Shown here: positions 32,290 through 34,323 of the stretch, piece after piece
How positions within the stretch are numbered: the stretch's first letter is position 1
How the letters are laid out: each line of letters starts with the position of its first letter
Source of the DNA: a virus
Lineage: Duplodnaviria > Caudoviricetes
DNA length: 34,323 bases
Strand: one strand, 5' to 3'
IMG/VR virus record: IMGVR_UViG_3300024501_000006
Coordinates: 1-34,323 of that record
Made by a program: the position numbers and the translations under genes
The notes under the pieces: model-generated
The model's input: only the letters and a program-made list of their open reading frames with translations
Told to the model about the DNA's origin: nothing
Databases searched by the model: none

Positions 32290-33809
32290 TACCGCCCCCG
32301 CGCCTTGGCCTGCACGCGGTACGCGCCAACCCTGAAATCCTCCGTTCCGCTCTCGGCCCGCAGCTCGATCCGCGCCTGCCGGGCCGTGGTGATGACGCCG
32401 ACCCGCTCAGCCGCATTGAAGGGGCCAATCGTGTATTCCGTCGCGTTGGGATATTCGCGGGTGTAGAACGTCACCTCGCAATCGCCCTGCGTCAGTTCAT
32501 CGGGAATGAACTCGTCGATCTGCATCCGGCGTTCGCCCTCGCCAAGCTCCACAGGCCCCGACACCGCCCTGCGGATCGCGCTGTCGAAGGACCAGCCCGT
32601 CTCGTGCTTCAACAACGCGCCCGAGCCGTTGACCATCACCGGCCAGTCAAACGCGCCCTCTGGAAATCCACAGAGCCTCGGCAGTTCGGTATGATTCCAG
32701 TGCCCTTCGCGGTAGTTGTAGATCGCCGCATGGGAGCACTCGACCGCCCCGCCCTCGGCATCCAGCGTGTCGCCGCTTTCCAGAAGCAGGTCTTCGCCGT
32801 TTTCCAACGAGATGTTGGTCACGCGCGGATAGAACCACCAGACCTCGCCAAACTGCGGGAAGTGCTGACACCAGACCTTGTTTCGATAGGTCGTATTGAG
32901 GTTGCGGAACACGTCGTCGCTGATCTCGCAGGCCAGCGGCTCGACATAGCCGACATAGCGCCAGAAGCCATTCTGGCCCATCCAGTAGGCCACGCTGTCC
33001 ACGATGTAGAAGGCGTGCCGGCCGATGATGCCGCAGTTATTGCCGACCCGCTCGATGCCATAGATGTCGGGAAAGCCCTGATAGCGCATCAGGTGCAGGT
33101 CGGTGTCCGTCCAGATGAGCCCGCCTGAACGGACCTTGCCCCCGCACATGGCGACGCCTGCGGTTTGCAGGTTGAGGTCGCCCGCCTGGTTCGTGCTGGT
33201 TGCGGTCCACGTCGTGCGGTTTTCCTGATCGTTCCATGCGACCCGTCGCGGATCGCCATCGGCCCCGAGGGCTATGATAAAGCGCTCATTGGTAACGAAG
33301 ATCGCCTTTGCATCGGGTGCGTTCGTGATGGCCGTTGCATCGAGCCCGCCGCGCGGCTGCCACTCATAAATCGTCTGCTCATGGTCATTGCAGGCGACAA
33401 GCAGCTCGCCAAAATTGTCGAGCGTCCATGTCGAGCTGTCCGACCCGCTGTCGAAGCCCGATTCCTGCAACAGGGGCTCGCTGCCCTCGGTATCAAGGTC
33501 AGTTCCGTCCTCAAGCAGAATGGAGACCGCAGCCGCAGGCGTGATATCGTCCAGCGTCGTGCCGTCATGGGCATAGAGCGATGTCACCGTCCCGAAGGCT
33601 GCAAAGCTGTCGCCCTCATTGTCCTTCCACGCATGGGCGGCCCGTGGCGTGCCTGAGAGCGTGCCGGTAAGCCCTGTCTCCCATCCCTTCATCGGCCTGA
33701 TCTGGCCCTCGAAGAAGCGCACAAGATTGGCGTCATACCAACGCCCTGCGCTCTGGTAGGCTGTGCCGTTCCGGTAGAGGCCGGGCGGCAGGGTGAGCTT
33801 CAGGAACAT
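32286..33809 (-). CDS. Podovirus tail nozzle (P22 gp10-like DNA stabilisation protein)
   Basis: LPPGLYRNGTAYQSAGRWYDANLVRF, WTLDNFGELLVA, YWMGQNGFWRY, FGEVWWFYP, YNYREGHW. Confidence 0.85.
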   Translation of the reverse strand: MFLKLTLPPGLYRNGTAYQSAGRWYDANLVRFFEGQIRPMKGWETGLTGTLSGTPRAAHAWKDNEGDSFAAFGTVTSLYAHDGTTLDDITPAAAVSILLEDGTDLDTEGSEPLLQESGFDSGSDSSTWTLDNFGELLVACNDHEQTIYEWQPRGGLDATAITNAPDAKAIFVTNERFIIALGADGDPRRVAWNDQENRTTWTATSTNQAGDLNLQTAGVAMCGGKVRSGGLIWTDTDLHLMRYQGFPDIYGIERVGNNCGIIGRHAFYIVDSVAYWMGQNGFWRYVGYVEPLACEISDDVFRNLNTTYRNKVWCQHFPQFGEVWWFYPRVTNISLENGEDLLLESGDTLDAEGGAVECSHAAIYNYREGHWNHTELPRLCGFPEGAFDWPVMVNGSGALLKHETGWSFDSAIRRAVSGPVELGEGERRMQIDEFIPDELTQGDCEVTFYTREYPNATEYTIGPFNAAERVGVITTARQARIELRAESGTEDFRVGAYRVQAKARGRY

Positions 33810-34323
33810 CAGGCGACGAAGCTCGCGCTCGGCTGCGGACGAAGCCCCATGCCGATCACAAATGCCTCCTCGTGCTGGATCTGACGCATCACTTCGCGAT
33901 AGCGCGGCTCCACCAGCCCGATACGCTCAGGATCGATCAACCGCCGATCCGCATTGATGAGGGCGCCATAGAGATAGGCGTCGGGATGCTTCCGCAGGAG
34001 CCAGTTGTAATCATTGTCATTGGTGAGCGCGGTCAACCCGCGCTTGTAGCGGACCCTGACTGTCGTGGTCTGCGCCGGGTAGAACAGCAGCGTTGAGCCC
34101 TCAACCGTGTAATAGAACGGCAGTTCGCTCGTGCTGTAGGGATAAAGCCCCTCGAACGTGTCAACGGGGATGTAGATGATCTCGTTGTAGGGCGTCGAAA
34201 CATTCTTGATCGACGTAATCTGCCGCATTCCCGTGGGGATGGTTGCCGAGCCGCTGGTCACGGACAGAGCCGTATCGACCGACTCCATGTCGCGGGTCCG
34301 CAAGACCCGGTTGGCCTCGGCCT
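33809..34323 (-). CDS. Head-tail adaptor (gp4/tubular protein A-like), 5' end outside the window
   Basis: AEANRVLRTRDM...LLFYPA...NWLLRKHPDAYLYGAL; the frame is open to the window edge. Confidence 0.85.
   Translation of the reverse strand, partial: AEANRVLRTRDMESVDTALSVTSGSATIPTGMRQITSIKNVSTPYNEIIYIPVDTFEGLYPYSTSELPFYYTVEGSTLLFYPAQTTTVRVRYKRGLTALTNDNDYNWLLRKHPDAYLYGALINADRRLIDPERIGLVEPRYREVMRQIQHEEAFVIGMGLRPQPSASFVA

Larger units (their letters stand above)
1..34323. mobile_element. Tailed bacteriophage genome segment (lambdoid regulation, P22-like podovirus morphogenesis), partial
   Basis: Terminase, cro/cI switch, replication initiator, RecT, endolysin and spanins, ejection proteins, nozzle and adaptor are all present. 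There are no host housekeeping flanks and no tail tube, sheath or tape measure gene. Confidence 0.97.

Noticed and set aside
31456-32466. Long plus-strand ORFs opposite structural genes (also 26831..27664, 20892..21722, 18792..19487, 4693..5478)
   Set aside because: Antisense shadows of well-supported GC-rich genes, with Arg/Ala-rich composition and no motifs.
33945-33990. HPD in the adaptor (LRKHPDAYLYG) as a J-domain
   Set aside because: Part of the usual NWL...PD.YLYG.L adaptor signature.
1-34323. CRISPR array, tRNA, rRNA, transposase, reverse transcriptase/DGR
   Set aside because: No regularly spaced repeats, cloverleaf-like sequence or corresponding protein motifs seen by eye. tRNAscan-SE and a CRISPR finder would confirm.

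Overview
The whole window is most of one tailed dsDNA phage genome with a lambdoid regulatory layout and P22/podovirus-type virion genes. It is GC-rich and the host is probably an alphaproteobacterium, inferred from gene content. The late operon runs off the left end inside terL and re-enters at the right end inside the tail adaptor, so portal, scaffold and capsid genes are presumably in the unseen part. From left to right it carries: terL and terS; four head-spike/fibre accessory genes; a NusG-type antiterminator; nin-like genes (DUF551, tiny membrane peptides, two orphan DNA methyltransferases, DUF1064, DnaA domain IV); a replication initiator with an internal origin; a cro/cI switch with GTCAGC-N5-GCTGAC operators; an early operon (RecT, DUF1367, HNH, micro-ORFs); a lysis region; three ejection proteins, one a 2009-aa polyvalent protein; and needle, nozzle and adaptor genes. 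The standout is a lid-less DnaK/Hsp70 gene inside the lysis cassette. It is translationally coupled between a 4-TM peptidoglycan-binding membrane protein and a membrane-anchored GH24 endolysin with a non-canonical Glu-Cys-Glu triad. No integrase, tRNA or CRISPR array was seen. All family calls come from motif recognition by eye; no database searches were run.
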